From positions 9,348-73,347 of the forward strand of contig JBIOWP010000107.1 in assembly GCA_044868695.1 (NCBI GenBank): DNA of 64,000 nt. The letters run 5' to 3'. Of the stretch, positions 9,622 to 19,873 are shown one piece after another. The notes beneath the pieces were generated by a model that made no database searches, was not told the origin of the DNA, and was given only the letters and a program-made list of their open reading frames with translations. The stretch's first letter is position 1. Each line of letters begins with the position of its first letter. The stretch is from a bacterium. GTDB lineage: Bacteria > Sysuimicrobiota > Sysuimicrobiia > Sysuimicrobiales > Kaftiobacteriaceae. A program made the translations under genes and the position numbers.

Positions 9622-10130
9622 TGCATCCCGCAGAGGACCTGGTCCAACGGCTCGGCGAGGCCGTACTCGAGCGGGTGGCATTCCGTGACGAGCTCACCCT
9701 CGTGGTCGCGCGCGACCGCATCCTCCGTTCGCTTGAGGCCGCCCGGGATGCGGGCTTCCGCATGCTCACGGACCTAACGGCCGTCGACCGCCACCCCGCA
9801 GTCCCGCGGTTCGAGGTCGTGTACCTGCTGACATCGCTCGAACCGCGTGGCCGGGTGCGCCTGAAGGTGCAGGTCGCCGCCGACGACACGGTGGTTCCGT
9901 CGGCGACGGCGCTGTGGCCCGCCGCGAACTGGCTGGAGCGGGAAGTGTTCGACCTGTTCGGCATCCGCTTTGAGGGCCACCCAGACCTGCGGCGGATCCT
10001 GCTGCCGGATGAGTGGGAAGGGTATCCGCTGCGCAAAGATGCTCCGCTGGTCGAAGAACCCGTGGAATTTGTCGGCCACACGCCGAAGGTCCCCAGCCAG
10101 ATCATCCCGAAGTCGCCGCCCCGCTCGTAG
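9618..10130 (+). CDS. nuoC: NADH-quinone oxidoreductase subunit C
   Basis: [26 protein letters not shown]...GYPLRKD. Confidence 0.96.
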   Translation: MMHPAEDLVQRLGEAVLERVAFRDELTLVVARDRILRSLEAARDAGFRMLTDLTAVDRHPAVPRFEVVYLLTSLEPRGRVRLKVQVAADDTVVPSATALWPAANWLEREVFDLFGIRFEGHPDLRRILLPDEWEGYPLRKDAPLVEEPVEFVGHTPKVPSQIIPKSPPRS

Positions 10131-10142
10131 GCGAAGCCGCAG

Positions 10143-11321
10143 ATGAGCGAACCCGTCCGCGAGACCCTCGTGCTCAACATGGGACCGCAGCACCCCGCGA
10201 CCCACGGAGTGCTGCGGCTCCTGCTCGAGCTGGAAGGCGAAGTCATCCTCGGGACCGAGCCCGTCATCGGCTACCTGCACACCGGGTTCGAGAAAGAGAT
10301 GGAGACCCGGACGTATCATCAGAATATCGTCTTCCCGCCCCGCATCGAGTACCTCGCGACCTTCATCGAGGAACAGGCCTACGTCCTGGCGGTGGAAAAG
10401 TTGCTCGGGATCACCGCGCCCAAGCGCGCCGAGGGGATCCGGCTCATCCTCGCCGAGCTCTCGCGGATCGCCAGCCACCTCGTGTACCTGGGGACCGCGG
10501 CCATCGACCTCAACGTCAGCAGCGTCTTTATGTACTGTTTCCGCGACCGCGAGCAGCTGCTAGACATCTTTGAGATGGTGTCGGGCCAGCGGATGATGCA
10601 CGGCTACTTCCGCATCGGCGGGCTGCAGTGGGATCTTCCCGAGGGCTTTGAGGCGCGGGTCCGCGCATTTCTGGACGAGCTGCCCGCGCATCTCGACGAA
10701 TACGAGACGCTGCTCACCGATAACCTCATCTGGCGGAAACGGACCGAGGGGGTCGGGGTGCTAAGCGCCGAGGACGCGGTGCGCTACGGCTGCACGGGAC
10801 CGGTGCTGCGCGGCTCGGGCGTGGCCTACGACGTCCGCAAAGCCTTTCCGTACGGCGGGTACGACGAAGTCGAGTTCGATGTGCCGCTCGGGACGAACGG
10901 CGACGCGTTCGACCGGTACCGGGTCCGCATGGACGAGATGCGGCAGAGCCGGCGCATCATTCTGCAGGTGCTCGACCGCCTGCCCGGCGGCCCGGTGCTC
11001 GTGGAGGACCGTAAGGTCGCCCTGCCCCCGCGGCGGGAACTGGTCCGCAGCATGGAGGCGGTCATTCACCAGTTCAAACTGGTGAGCGAAGGGATTCACC
11101 CGCCCGTTGGCGAGGTCTACGCCGCGGTGGAGTCCCCCCGCGGCGAGAAAGGGTACTACCTGGTCAGCGACGGGAGCAATCGCCCGCTTCGGGCGCGCGT
11201 GCGGTCTGCCTCGTTTAATAACTTGCAGGCGCTGCCAGTCATGCTCTCCCGCGGCACGATTGCCGACGTCGTGGTGGCCATCGCGTCCATCGACATCGTG
11301 CTGGGGGACGTGGACCGATGA
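10143..11321 (+). CDS. nuoD: NADH-quinone oxidoreductase subunit D
   Basis: LNMGPQHPATHGVLRL, ESPRGE, DIVLGDVDR. Confidence 0.97.
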   Translation: MSEPVRETLVLNMGPQHPATHGVLRLLLELEGEVILGTEPVIGYLHTGFEKEMETRTYHQNIVFPPRIEYLATFIEEQAYVLAVEKLLGITAPKRAEGIRLILAELSRIASHLVYLGTAAIDLNVSSVFMYCFRDREQLLDIFEMVSGQRMMHGYFRIGGLQWDLPEGFEARVRAFLDELPAHLDEYETLLTDNLIWRKRTEGVGVLSAEDAVRYGCTGPVLRGSGVAYDVRKAFPYGGYDEVEFDVPLGTNGDAFDRYRVRMDEMRQSRRIILQVLDRLPGGPVLVEDRKVALPPRRELVRSMEAVIHQFKLVSEGIHPPVGEVYAAVESPRGEKGYYLVSDGSNRPLRARVRSASFNNLQALPVMLSRGTIADVVVAIASIDIVLGDVDR

Positions 11322-13132
11322 CGAACGGGCTGTCAGAGAGCGCCAAAACGGAGATCCGGCGTCTAGTGGCGCAGTTCCCGCAGGCGCAGTCGGCCCTGCT
11401 GGGCGCGCTGTTTGTGGCACAGCAGGAGGCCGGCTACCTGACGCCCGGCGCGCTCGCCGACGTAGCAGCGGTCATGGAGCTTCCGGTGAGCGAGGTCACC
11501 TCCGTCGCCTCGTTCTACCACCTCCTCCGGTTCACACCCGGCGGCCGGCACGTCGTCCAGGTCTGCACGAACGTTCCCTGCCTGCTCGCCGGATGCGGAC
11601 GGATACTCGACCATCTGCGGAACACCCTCGGCGTCGACGTCGGGGAGACCACGCCCGACGGCGTGTTCACGCTGCGGACGGCGGAGTGCCTGGCCGCCTG
11701 CGATGCCGCCCCGATGATGATGGTCGGTGCTGAGCGGTTTGGCCCGTTGACCCCGGCACGAGTAGATGACGTCCTGAATGGCTACCGGCACGGTGCGGGG
11801 GGTCAGGTGTCAGGGGCCCCTCGCCCGACCCCCGAGCTCAGTTCCCCGGCCCCGCCGGCCGCAAGAGAGCCCTTCCTCCTCAAATACGTTCGCGAACCCG
11901 ACCAGGCCGAGCTGGATGCCTACCGCGGGCGCGGCGGCTATGAAGGGCTGCGCCGCGCGCTCACGCTGAGCGCCGACGCGGTGACCGAGGAGGTGGACAA
12001 GTCCGGACTCCGCGGGCGGGGAGGCGCCGGCTTTGCGACGGGCAGGAAGTGGAAGTTCATCCCCAAGGATCCGGCAATCACCCGGTATGTGGTCATCAAC
12101 GCCGACGAGGGCGAACCGGGAACGTTCAAGGACCGGACGCTACTGGAGGGCGATCCACACCGGATGATCGAGGGCATCGCGATCGCCAGTTACGCCGTCG
12201 GCGCCCACTATGCGTTCATCTATCTCCGCAGGGAGTTCGATCAGGCGCGCGCGAAGCTGGAGCGCGCCCTGGCACAGGCGTATGCGGCGGGACTGCTGGG
12301 CCGGAATGTCCAGGGCAGCGGGTTCGACCTCGAGGTCGTGCTGGCCACCGGCGCCGGTGCCTACATCGCCGGTGAGGAGACCGCGCTGCTGGAATCGCTG
12401 GAGGGCCGGCGCGCGATGCCGCGGCTCAAGCCGCCGTATTATCCGGCCGTGAAGGGGCTGTACATGCAGCCGACCGTGGTCAACAACGTGGAGACCCTGT
12501 GCCACGTCGCGTGGATTCTCGCCAAGGGAGCCGAGTGGTACCGGCAGCAGGGGCCGCCGATCCTCATCTCGGTCAGCGGGCACGTGGCCCGCCCCGGCGT
12601 CTACGAAGTGCCGCTGGGCACGACCGTCCGGCAGGTGATCGACCGCGCCGGGGGCGTGCGGGATGGGCATCAGTTCAAAGCGTGCTTCCCCGGCGGCTCG
12701 TCGTCGGCCATCCTGCCGGCCGCATACCTGGACACGCCCATGGACTACGACGCGCTGGCCAAGCTCGACGTCTACGGCTCGATGCTGGGTTCGGGTGCGC
12801 TCATCGTGATGGACGACACGACCTGCATGGTAGAGGTCGTCGCCCGCACTGTGGAGTTCTACCGCGACGAGTCCTGCGGGAAGTGCACTCCCTGCCGCGA
12901 GGGGACGATGTGGCTGGGCCAGGCGCTGCGGCGTCTGCTCGCCGGAGGGGGCCGGCCGGAAGATCTGCAGCTGCTGGAGAGCATTGCACGCGGCATGACC
13001 GGAACGTGCTTCTGCCCGCTGGGCGAGAGCGTGCCGCCGGCCATTTACTCGACGCTGCGGTTCTTCCGCCACGAGTACGAGCATCACGTGAAGACGGGAC
13101 GGTGCGACGTGGGCGAGGCCATCCATGCCTAA
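11318..13132 (+). CDS. nuoEF: Fused NADH-quinone oxidoreductase subunits E and F
   Basis: NuoE CTNVPC...CLAAC, Pro-rich linker, then NuoF SGLRGRGGAGF, NADEGEPG, GAGAYIAGEETAL, ESCGKCTPCREG. Confidence 0.93.
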   Translation: MTNGLSESAKTEIRRLVAQFPQAQSALLGALFVAQQEAGYLTPGALADVAAVMELPVSEVTSVASFYHLLRFTPGGRHVVQVCTNVPCLLAGCGRILDHLRNTLGVDVGETTPDGVFTLRTAECLAACDAAPMMMVGAERFGPLTPARVDDVLNGYRHGAGGQVSGAPRPTPELSSPAPPAAREPFLLKYVREPDQAELDAYRGRGGYEGLRRALTLSADAVTEEVDKSGLRGRGGAGFATGRKWKFIPKDPAITRYVVINADEGEPGTFKDRTLLEGDPHRMIEGIAIASYAVGAHYAFIYLRREFDQARAKLERALAQAYAAGLLGRNVQGSGFDLEVVLATGAGAYIAGEETALLESLEGRRAMPRLKPPYYPAVKGLYMQPTVVNNVETLCHVAWILAKGAEWYRQQGPPILISVSGHVARPGVYEVPLGTTVRQVIDRAGGVRDGHQFKACFPGGSSSAILPAAYLDTPMDYDALAKLDVYGSMLGSGALIVMDDTTCMVEVVARTVEFYRDESCGKCTPCREGTMWLGQALRRLLAGGGRPEDLQLLESIARGMTGTCFCPLGESVPPAIYSTLRFFRHEYEHHVKTGRCDVGEAIHA

Positions 13133-15617
13133 TCCGCCTCCGTCCGTCATGCTGACGATCGACGGCACGGCGGTCACCGTCCCCAAGGGAACGACCGTCT
13201 ACCAGGCCGCGAAGCGGGCCGGGGTCGAGATCCCCATCTTCTGCTACCACGACCGCATGCCGCCGCTGGGCGCGTGTCGCATGTGCCTGGTGAAGGTGGA
13301 GAAGATGGGGAAGCTGCAGACCTCCTGCACGCTGGAGGCAGCCGAGGGCATGGTCGTATCTACCACCACCCCCGAGGTCAAGGCCGGGCAGGAGGCCATT
13401 CTCGAGTTCCTGCTCATCAACCACCCGCTGGACTGTCCCATCTGCGACAAAGGCGGGGAGTGCCCGCTGCAGGATCAGACGTACAAGTATGGGCCGGGCC
13501 GCAGCCGCTTTGTCGAGATGAAGCGCGACTTTGCCAAGCCGGTGTCGCTGGGCCGGGTGCTGGTGCTGGACCGCGAGCGCTGCATCCTCTGCTGGCGGTG
13601 TGTGCGCTTCGGGGAGATCATCGCCGGCGACAATGCACTGAAGGGGTTCGAGCGCGGGTTCAGCAGCGAAATCAACACGCCGTTCACGCTGCCGGTGGAA
13701 TCGAAGTTCATCGGGAACACCATCGCCATCTGTCCGGTGGGGGCGCTGACGGCGAAGACCTACCGGTTCGTCGCCCGGCCGTGGGACAATCAGTCTGTCC
13801 CCAGCGTCTGCACGCTGTGCGGGGTGGGCTGCGCCGTGGAGTTCGACGTCCGCGGCGGGGCGATCGCCCGGACCCGCGCCCGCGAGCAGCCGGCGATCAA
13901 TGACATCTGGCTGTGCGACCTGGGTTTCTTCGGCCATGGGTACGTGGCCCATCCTGACCGGCTGCGCACGCCGCTGGTGCGCCGCGACGGGCGGCTGGTC
14001 GAGGCGACGTGGGACGAGGCGCTCGACCTGGTGGCGCGGCGCCTGCGGGCCGCCCCGCCGCCACGCGTGGCCATGCTGGGTGGCGCGCGGCTGACTAATG
14101 AGGACGCATACGTGGCCGGCCGTTTCTTCCGCGGCATCGTGGGGACCAACCACCTGGACCACCGTGCCGATGCGTGGCCGGGGAGCGCGAGTCTGCTGGT
14201 CCCCTGGGGCATGACGGCGTCCATCGCCGATGTGGATGGAGCCGACGTCATCCTGCTGGCCGGCTGCGACATCACGGAAGAGTACCCCGTCCTCTGGCTT
14301 CGAATGAAGCGGGCCGCCGACCGCGGGGCGAAGATCGTGGTCGTCACGCCAAAGGCGCTGGAGATCGGCCGCGCCGTGGCGCACCACCTCGTGCACCGCT
14401 ATGGGGAAGGCGCCGCGGTCATCCGGGCTCTCGCCCAACAGCGAACGGCTCAGGACGGCGCCGGCGGTGTGTCAGGGGAGGCCATCGCCGCCTCCGGGGC
14501 CGTGCTTGAGCATGCGGCGCGCCCGGTCGTCATGATCGGCCGCCTGGCTCTGGATGCCCCCGACGGCGCTGAGACCTACGCCGCGGTGCGCGACATCGCC
14601 GCGACATTGGGGTCGTCTGTCAATGTCCTGCGCGGCAAGAGCAACGCCTTCGGGGCATCGCTCGCGGGACTGCTGCCGTCGACGGGTCCCGGCGGGCGCC
14701 CGATCGCGGAGATGGCGCAGGACCTCCACGCGCTGTGGGGGAGGGCGGTTCCCGGCGACGCCGGGATGAGTGCGCCTGAGATCATCGAGGCCGCGGGAGG
14801 GGGCAGGCTTGATGTGCTGTACGTGGTGGCCTCCGATCCGGCCACGGACGTGCCCGACCGCGCGCGCTGGACTGAGGCCCGCGCGCGCCTCCCGTTCCTC
14901 GTGGTGCAGGACGCCTTTCTCTCGCAGACTGCCCAGGCGGCGGACGTGGTGCTGCCGGCGCTCGTCGCGCCGGAAAAAGACGGCACCGTCAGTAATCTCG
15001 AAGGACGCATCCAGCGGCTGCATGCCGCCGTGGCCGGCCCCGGGGAGGCGTGGGCCGACACCGCGATCTTCACTGCGCTGGCCGCCCGCCTGGGCCGCGC
15101 GGCGGTGGCCTACAGCGGGTGGGACGAAATTTTTGACGAGATGCGCAGCCTCATTCCTGGGCTCGCCATTGACGAACGCATCCAACTGCCGGGCCCCACC
15201 GGAGCCCGGAGCCCGGAGCCCGAAGCCCGTCCCGCCGGCGCTGCCGACGCCGACTACCCATTCATCCTCATCACGGGTGACGTGCTGTTCGACCGCGGGG
15301 CGATGACCTCACGCAGCAAAGCGATTGCCGACCTGGCCGGCGAGCCGTCGGCGCTGATCCATCCCGACGACGCGGTGCGCGCGCACGTCGCCGACGGCGA
15401 CCCGGTGGTCCTTCGGTCGCGGCGCGGAGCTGTGGCGGTCCGGGCCAGGCTGTCGTCTGCGCTCCTCCCGGGCCAGGTGTTCGTCCCCCGCGGGTACGAC
15501 GCCGCGCCGGCGAATGCGCTGGTTGACCTGGCAGAGCCGTTCACCCGGGTGCGCGTAAGCACGCTGGTGCCGGTCGCGGGGGGCTCCACGTCCCCCGGAG
15601 AAGGCGGCGCGCCGTGA
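13125..15617 (+). CDS. nuoG: NADH-quinone oxidoreductase subunit G
   Basis: FCYH...GACRMC, HPLDCPICDKGGECPLQ, CILCWRC, CTLCGVGC. Confidence 0.95.
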   Translation: MPNPPPSVMLTIDGTAVTVPKGTTVYQAAKRAGVEIPIFCYHDRMPPLGACRMCLVKVEKMGKLQTSCTLEAAEGMVVSTTTPEVKAGQEAILEFLLINHPLDCPICDKGGECPLQDQTYKYGPGRSRFVEMKRDFAKPVSLGRVLVLDRERCILCWRCVRFGEIIAGDNALKGFERGFSSEINTPFTLPVESKFIGNTIAICPVGALTAKTYRFVARPWDNQSVPSVCTLCGVGCAVEFDVRGGAIARTRAREQPAINDIWLCDLGFFGHGYVAHPDRLRTPLVRRDGRLVEATWDEALDLVARRLRAAPPPRVAMLGGARLTNEDAYVAGRFFRGIVGTNHLDHRADAWPGSASLLVPWGMTASIADVDGADVILLAGCDITEEYPVLWLRMKRAADRGAKIVVVTPKALEIGRAVAHHLVHRYGEGAAVIRALAQQRTAQDGAGGVSGEAIAASGAVLEHAARPVVMIGRLALDAPDGAETYAAVRDIAATLGSSVNVLRGKSNAFGASLAGLLPSTGPGGRPIAEMAQDLHALWGRAVPGDAGMSAPEIIEAAGGGRLDVLYVVASDPATDVPDRARWTEARARLPFLVVQDAFLSQTAQAADVVLPALVAPEKDGTVSNLEGRIQRLHAAVAGPGEAWADTAIFTALAARLGRAAVAYSGWDEIFDEMRSLIPGLAIDERIQLPGPTGARSPEPEARPAGAADADYPFILITGDVLFDRGAMTSRSKAIADLAGEPSALIHPDDAVRAHVADGDPVVLRSRRGAVAVRARLSSALLPGQVFVPRGYDAAPANALVDLAEPFTRVRVSTLVPVAGGSTSPGEGGAP

Positions 15618-16597
15618 CCGAGCTCGCCATCGCCGCCGTGAAGAGCGCCATCCTCTTATTCATCCTGCTGACGGCGTGTGCGTACATGACGCTGCTGGAA
15701 CGGCGGCTGCTGGGCAAGTTTCAAGTCCGTTACGGCCCGAACCGCGTCGGTCCGTTCGGCCTGCTGCAGCCGCTGGCGGATGGGCTGAAACTCATCTTTA
15801 AGGAAAGTTTCATGCCCTCCGGAGTGGATGTCGTCGTCTACTGGCTGGCCCCCGCGCTCTCGATGATCACCGCGCTCTTTGTGTACTCGGTGATCCCGTT
15901 TGGTCCGGAGGTGACACTGTTCGGGACGCAAGTGCCGCTGCGGCTGGCCGATGTCAACGTGGGGATCCTGCTGATCCTCGCGACGTCGTCCATCGGCGTG
16001 TACGGTATCATCCTGGGCGGATGGTCATCGAATAACAAGTACTCGCTGTTGGGCAGCCTGCGCAGCAGCGCGCAGCTGATCAGTTACGAACTCGCCCTGG
16101 GGCTGGCGGTCATCTCGGTGGTGCTGACCGCCGGGTCGATGAGCCTGGTCGACATCGTACTCTCACAGCGCCGGATCTGGTTCGCCGCGGTGCAGCCGCT
16201 GGGGTTCGTCATCTTCATGATCGCGGCGGTGGCGGAGACCAACCGCGCGCCGTTCGACCTGCCGGAGGCCGAGCAGGAGCTGATCGCCGGCTACCAGACC
16301 GAGTACGGAGGGTTCAAGTTCGCCATGTTCTACATCGGCGAATACATCGCCATCGTCACGATGAGCGCGCTGGCCACCACGCTCTTCTGGGGCGGGTGGC
16401 TGGGGCCGGTGCTGCCCGGTGTGGTGTGGTTTGCGCTGAAGACGTTCGTCTTCATCTTCATCTTCATCTGGCTGCGGGCCACGCTACCCCGGGTGAGGCA
16501 CGACCAGCTGATGGCCCTGGGCTGGAAGGTCCTCATCCCCCTCGGCCTGCTCAACGTTGTCGCCACATCGGTCATTGTGATCGTGGGGCAGATCTGA
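15614..16597 (+). CDS. nuoH: NADH-quinone oxidoreductase subunit H
   Basis: GPNRVGPFGLLQPLADGLKL, AETNRAPFDLPEAEQEL. Confidence 0.97.
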   Translation: MTELAIAAVKSAILLFILLTACAYMTLLERRLLGKFQVRYGPNRVGPFGLLQPLADGLKLIFKESFMPSGVDVVVYWLAPALSMITALFVYSVIPFGPEVTLFGTQVPLRLADVNVGILLILATSSIGVYGIILGGWSSNNKYSLLGSLRSSAQLISYELALGLAVISVVLTAGSMSLVDIVLSQRRIWFAAVQPLGFVIFMIAAVAETNRAPFDLPEAEQELIAGYQTEYGGFKFAMFYIGEYIAIVTMSALATTLFWGGWLGPVLPGVVWFALKTFVFIFIFIWLRATLPRVRHDQLMALGWKVLIPLGLLNVVATSVIVIVGQI

Positions 16598-17082
16598 TGG
16601 CGACGCTTGGACGGCAGGTCCGGCAAGGGCTGGCCATGCTGCGGGGCATGGCCATCACGTTCCGGTACTTGTTCCGCCCGCCGATCACCGTGCGCTATCC
16701 GGAGGAGAAGCGCGCCGCCGTCCAGCCGCGCTTCAAGGGCCGGCACTGGCTCACGCTGTACCAGGACGGCATGGAGCGGTGCGTGGGGTGCGAGCTGTGC
16801 GTGATCGTCTGCCCCTCGCAGGCCATCTACGTTCGCGCCGCGGAGAACACGCCGGAACACCAGGTCAGCAAGGGCGAACGCTACGCTGCCGACTTCCAGA
16901 TCAACGAGCTGCGCTGCATCTTCTGCGGGTTCTGTGAGGAGGCGTGTCCCACCGGCGCCATCGTGCTGGGGCGGGAGTACGAGCTGGCCAGCTACACCCG
17001 TCGGGAGATGGTCTACACCAAGCCGACCCTCACGGAACCCTATCCGGGGGCGTCGGGGCGCGATCCGGCTCGAGAAGTCTGA
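16597..17082 (+). CDS. nuoI: NADH-quinone oxidoreductase subunit I
   Basis: [12 protein letters not shown] and [12 protein letters not shown]. Confidence 0.96.
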   Translation: MATLGRQVRQGLAMLRGMAITFRYLFRPPITVRYPEEKRAAVQPRFKGRHWLTLYQDGMERCVGCELCVIVCPSQAIYVRAAENTPEHQVSKGERYAADFQINELRCIFCGFCEEACPTGAIVLGREYELASYTRREMVYTKPTLTEPYPGASGRDPAREV

Positions 17083-17597
17083 TGGAAGTCATCGTCTTCG
17101 TCGTTGCGGCCATCGGCGCGCTCGCCGGCGGGCTCGGGGTCATCGGCAACCGCCTGCCGGTGCGCAGCGCCCTGTCGCTCCTGCTGGTGCTGGGCAGCCT
17201 GGCGGTGATGTATCTCCTGCTGGCCGCGCAGTTCATCGCCGTACTGCAGGTCATCGTGTATGCCGGCGCCATCGTCGTGCTGTTTCTCTTCGTCATCATG
17301 CTCCTGCACGGACAACTGGGGAAGCGATCGCCCGACAAGCTGCGCTGGCAGCTGCCGGCCGGGATTGTGCTGGCCGCCGTCTTCCTGTCCATCCTGCTGT
17401 TCACCATCCGGTACGGCACCGGCCCGGCCGCGGCGCCCCTCCCTCCGGAGTTCGGGACCGCCCAGTCGGTGGGCCGCACCTTGTTCACATCGTTCCTGCT
17501 CCCGTTCGAAGCGGCGTCCGTGATTCTCATCGTGGGGATCATCGCCGCCGTCGTCATCGGCCGTCCCGTGGCGTCCTCGCAGGCGGACCGGCGATGA
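17082..17597 (+). CDS. nuoJ: NADH-quinone oxidoreductase subunit J
   Basis: [26 protein letters not shown]. Confidence 0.95.
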   Translation: MEVIVFVVAAIGALAGGLGVIGNRLPVRSALSLLLVLGSLAVMYLLLAAQFIAVLQVIVYAGAIVVLFLFVIMLLHGQLGKRSPDKLRWQLPAGIVLAAVFLSILLFTIRYGTGPAAAPLPPEFGTAQSVGRTLFTSFLLPFEAASVILIVGIIAAVVIGRPVASSQADRR

Positions 17598-17899
17598 CCG
17601 TGCCCATCTCAGCATATCTCGCCCTGAGCGCGCTGCTGTTCACGCTGGGCACCGCCGGCGTGCTGCTGCGCCGGAATGCGCTCGTGGTGTTCATGTCCAT
17701 CGAGCTGATGCTCAACGCGGTCAACCTCACGTTCGTCGCCTTCGCCCGCCAGCTCGCCGCCATGGGCGGCCAGGTTGCGGTGTTCTTCGTGGTCGTCGTG
17801 GCGGCCGTAGAAGTGGTCGTGGGGCTGGCGATCATCATCGCCATCTTCCGGACGCGCGACACCGTCGACGTCGACAACGTGGACCTTCTGCGCGGATAG
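17594..17899 (+). CDS. nuoK: NADH-quinone oxidoreductase subunit K
   Basis: [31 protein letters not shown]. Confidence 0.95.
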   Translation: MTVPISAYLALSALLFTLGTAGVLLRRNALVVFMSIELMLNAVNLTFVAFARQLAAMGGQVAVFFVVVVAAVEVVVGLAIIIAIFRTRDTVDVDNVDLLRG

Positions 17900-17907
17900 G
17901 AGGGCCG

Positions 17908-19755
17908 GTGGAACTCGCGCTGATCATCACATTCCCGCTCGCCGGCTGGCTGATCAACGGGCTGGTTGGCGGCCGTCTCCCCCGGTGGCTGGTGAGCACA
18001 GTCGCCAGCGGGACGGTGGCCCTGGCCTTTGCGGCCACCGTGGTCGCGGCGCGCGACCCGCGCGTCGCCGGCGACGGGCTCCGCGTGACGCTGGTGAACT
18101 GGATGGCGGCGGGGGACTTTGCCGTGACCGCCGGATTGCTCCTGGACCGGCTGTCCGCCATGATGGCGCTGGTCGTCACCGGCGTGGGATTCGTGATCCA
18201 CGTCTATTCCACCGGGTACATGGCGGGCGACCCCGCCTACGCGCGCTACTTTGCATACCTGAACCTCTTCATTGCGTCGATGCTGCTCCTCGTGCTGGGC
18301 AGCAACCTCCTGGTGTTGTTCGTCGGATGGGAACTGGTCGGATTGTGCTCGTTTCTGCTGATCGGGTTCTGGTTCGACCGGGAGCGCGCCGCGAATGCCG
18401 GCCGCAAAGCGTTCGTCGTCAATCGGATCGGCGATGCGGGGTTCCTGCTGGGCATCCTGCTGCTTGCGACCACCGCGGGCACACTGGAGTTTTCCGCCCT
18501 CGCGCAGGCCGCGGGCGGGCTGGCCCCGCCCGTGCTCACCGGGGCCACGCTGCTCCTGTTTGTCGGGGCCACCGGCAAATCGGCGCAGCTGCCGCTGTAC
18601 GTGTGGCTGCCGGACGCCATGGAAGGGCCGACGCCTGTGTCGGCGCTGATCCACGCCGCCACCATGGTCACCGCGGGCGTCTACATGATCGCCCGCCTTC
18701 ACCCGCTGTTTCTCCGTGCCGACCTGACGCTGTCCGTGGTGGCGGCCGTCGGCGCCGCGACCGCGGTCTTTGCCGCGACCGCGGCGCTGGTGGAGTGGGA
18801 TCTGAAGCGTGTGCTGGCCTACTCTACCATCAGTCAGCTGGGCTACATGTTCCTGGCGATGGGCGTCGGGGCGATGCCCGCCGGCCTGTTCCACCTGACG
18901 ACCCACGCCTTCTTCAAGGCCCTGCTGTTCCTCGCGGCCGGCAGCGTCATGCATGCGATGCACGGGGTCGTCGACCTGCGCGCGCTGGGCGGGCTGGCCG
19001 GGCCGATGCGCTGGACGGCGCTGGGGTTCATCGTGGGTGCGCTCGCGCTGGCAGGGATCCCGCCGTTCGCCGGCTTCTTCAGCAAGGACCTGATCCTTGA
19101 ACACGTCTTTGCCGCCGCGCAGCACGGCGGGGCGCCAGTGCTCTGGCTGGTCGGTCTGGCCACCGCGTATGTCACCGCGGTGTACATCACGCGCGCCGTG
19201 GTGCTGGCGTTCCTGCCGCCGGCGGCGCACCACGGTCAGCCCCACGAGGCTCCGCTGTCTATGGGCTGGCCGATGGCGGTGCTCGCCGCCCTCTCGGTCG
19301 CCGGGGGCGCCCTGGGCGGCCGGTTCGCCGGCGCACCGCTGCTCGGCAGCCTCGACGCGTTTTTTGGGATCGGGCCCGCGGGGGAATCTGTGCCCGCCCC
19401 GCTGCTGACTGGGCTTTCGGTCGCCGCCGGTGCGCTGGGCGTCGTCACCGGACTGTTCCTGTACCGCGGACGGCGCGGCGTGACCCTCGGTGCCGCCGGC
19501 CGCCTCCTCGAGCGACGGTGGTACGTCGAGGCGTTCTACGACGCCGCGATCGTCGCACCGGCGACCTCCCTGGCGCGCGCGCTCGCCGATGTCGTGGAAA
19601 CCCGTGGCATCGATGGCGCGGTGAATGGGGTGGCCGCGCTGGTGGGCCGCGCAGGCCTCGCGCTGCGCCGGGCGCAGACGGGCTACGTGAGGAATTACGC
19701 GGCCGCCATTCTGGCGGGGACGATTCTCATGCTCGGGTACTGGCTGCTCAGGTGA
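17908..19755 (+). CDS. nuoL: NADH-quinone oxidoreductase subunit L
   Basis: GWELVGLCSFLLIGFW, GKSAQLPLYVWLPDAMEGPTPVSALIHAATMV. Confidence 0.97.
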   Translation: MELALIITFPLAGWLINGLVGGRLPRWLVSTVASGTVALAFAATVVAARDPRVAGDGLRVTLVNWMAAGDFAVTAGLLLDRLSAMMALVVTGVGFVIHVYSTGYMAGDPAYARYFAYLNLFIASMLLLVLGSNLLVLFVGWELVGLCSFLLIGFWFDRERAANAGRKAFVVNRIGDAGFLLGILLLATTAGTLEFSALAQAAGGLAPPVLTGATLLLFVGATGKSAQLPLYVWLPDAMEGPTPVSALIHAATMVTAGVYMIARLHPLFLRADLTLSVVAAVGAATAVFAATAALVEWDLKRVLAYSTISQLGYMFLAMGVGAMPAGLFHLTTHAFFKALLFLAAGSVMHAMHGVVDLRALGGLAGPMRWTALGFIVGALALAGIPPFAGFFSKDLILEHVFAAAQHGGAPVLWLVGLATAYVTAVYITRAVVLAFLPPAAHHGQPHEAPLSMGWPMAVLAALSVAGGALGGRFAGAPLLGSLDAFFGIGPAGESVPAPLLTGLSVAAGALGVVTGLFLYRGRRGVTLGAAGRLLERRWYVEAFYDAAIVAPATSLARALADVVETRGIDGAVNGVAALVGRAGLALRRAQTGYVRNYAAAILAGTILMLGYWLLR

Positions 19756-19783
19756 TGCGGGAACCCGCAGGCGCGATCTTTAT

Positions 19784-19861
19784 GTCATTGCGAGGAGCGA
19801 AGCGACGAAGCAATCTCCTCGTACGAGGGGATCGCCACGGCCCTACGGGCCTCGCGATGAC
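19784..19861. repeat. Palindromic miniature element (GTCATTGCGAGGAGCGAAGCGACGAAGCAATC type) between nuoL and nuoM
   Basis: Terminal IR GTCATTGCGAGG/CCTCGCGATGAC with internal hairpins ATCTCCTC-GTAC-GAGGGGAT and GGCCC-TAC-GGGCC. Confidence 0.8.
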
Positions 19862-19873
19862 TGCCGGTGATCC

